NCBI GenBank assembly: GCA_013265495.1
Contig: MU062295.1
Span: 930,001-994,000, forward strand
Length of the DNA stretch: 64,000 nucleotides
Source of the DNA: Vicugna vicugna
Lineage: Eukaryota
Reading direction: 5' to 3'
The position numbers and the translations under genes were made by a program. Under the pieces are notes generated by a model. It made no database searches. It was not told the DNA's origin and saw only the letters and a program-made list of their open reading frames with translations. Below are positions 63,916-64,000 of this stretch, one piece after another (positions within the stretch are counted from its first letter, which is position 1; the number at the start of each line of letters is the position of its first letter).

Positions 63916-64000
63916 TTTTTTAAGAAAAAGTCTGGCAGCACCTGACAGTTCTTTTTGTTTGTGATCTCTAATTACCGGTGGCCCGTTTGGGTTTAGAACC

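Noticed and set aside
63900-64000. SLC26A4 exon 2, promoter and FOXI1 sites
   Set aside because: No MAAPGG-type start or CpG island is present; these lie beyond the right edge.

Overview
Mammalian genomic DNA, very likely a camelid (alpaca/llama/camel). The inference rests on ten copies of a tRNA-Ala-derived SINE with an AAACCTAATTACCTCC-type tail, matching what I recall of the camelid Vic-1-like family. The window carries coding exons 3-21 of SLC26A4 (pendrin, a Cl-/HCO3-/I- exchanger) on the minus strand, from 62976 to the stop codon at 19387. All 19 exons have GT-AG boundaries, match the human exon sizes as I recall them, and join into one open frame of 2179 nt. Exons 1-2 and the promoter lie beyond the right edge. 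A ~2.7 kb 3'UTR follows, then ~16 kb of repeat-rich intergenic DNA. There is no prokaryotic system, CRISPR array or real tRNA gene, and almost all ORF-track entries are chance ORFs or L1 remnants. The best lead is a candidate alternative first exon in intron 10 (MDLRRAFLPAK, in frame with exon 11) that would give a ~370-aa short pendrin. Other leads: a solo ERV LTR inside the 3'UTR; a 5'-intact, 3'-truncated sense L1 in intron 14; a 5'-inverted L1 with a possible 3' transduction; three inverted SINE pairs bracketing exons; and a strong CTCF motif downstream. Repeat family names and human comparisons come from memory and need RepeatMasker or alignment confirmation. Repeat boundaries without a TSD are approximate.
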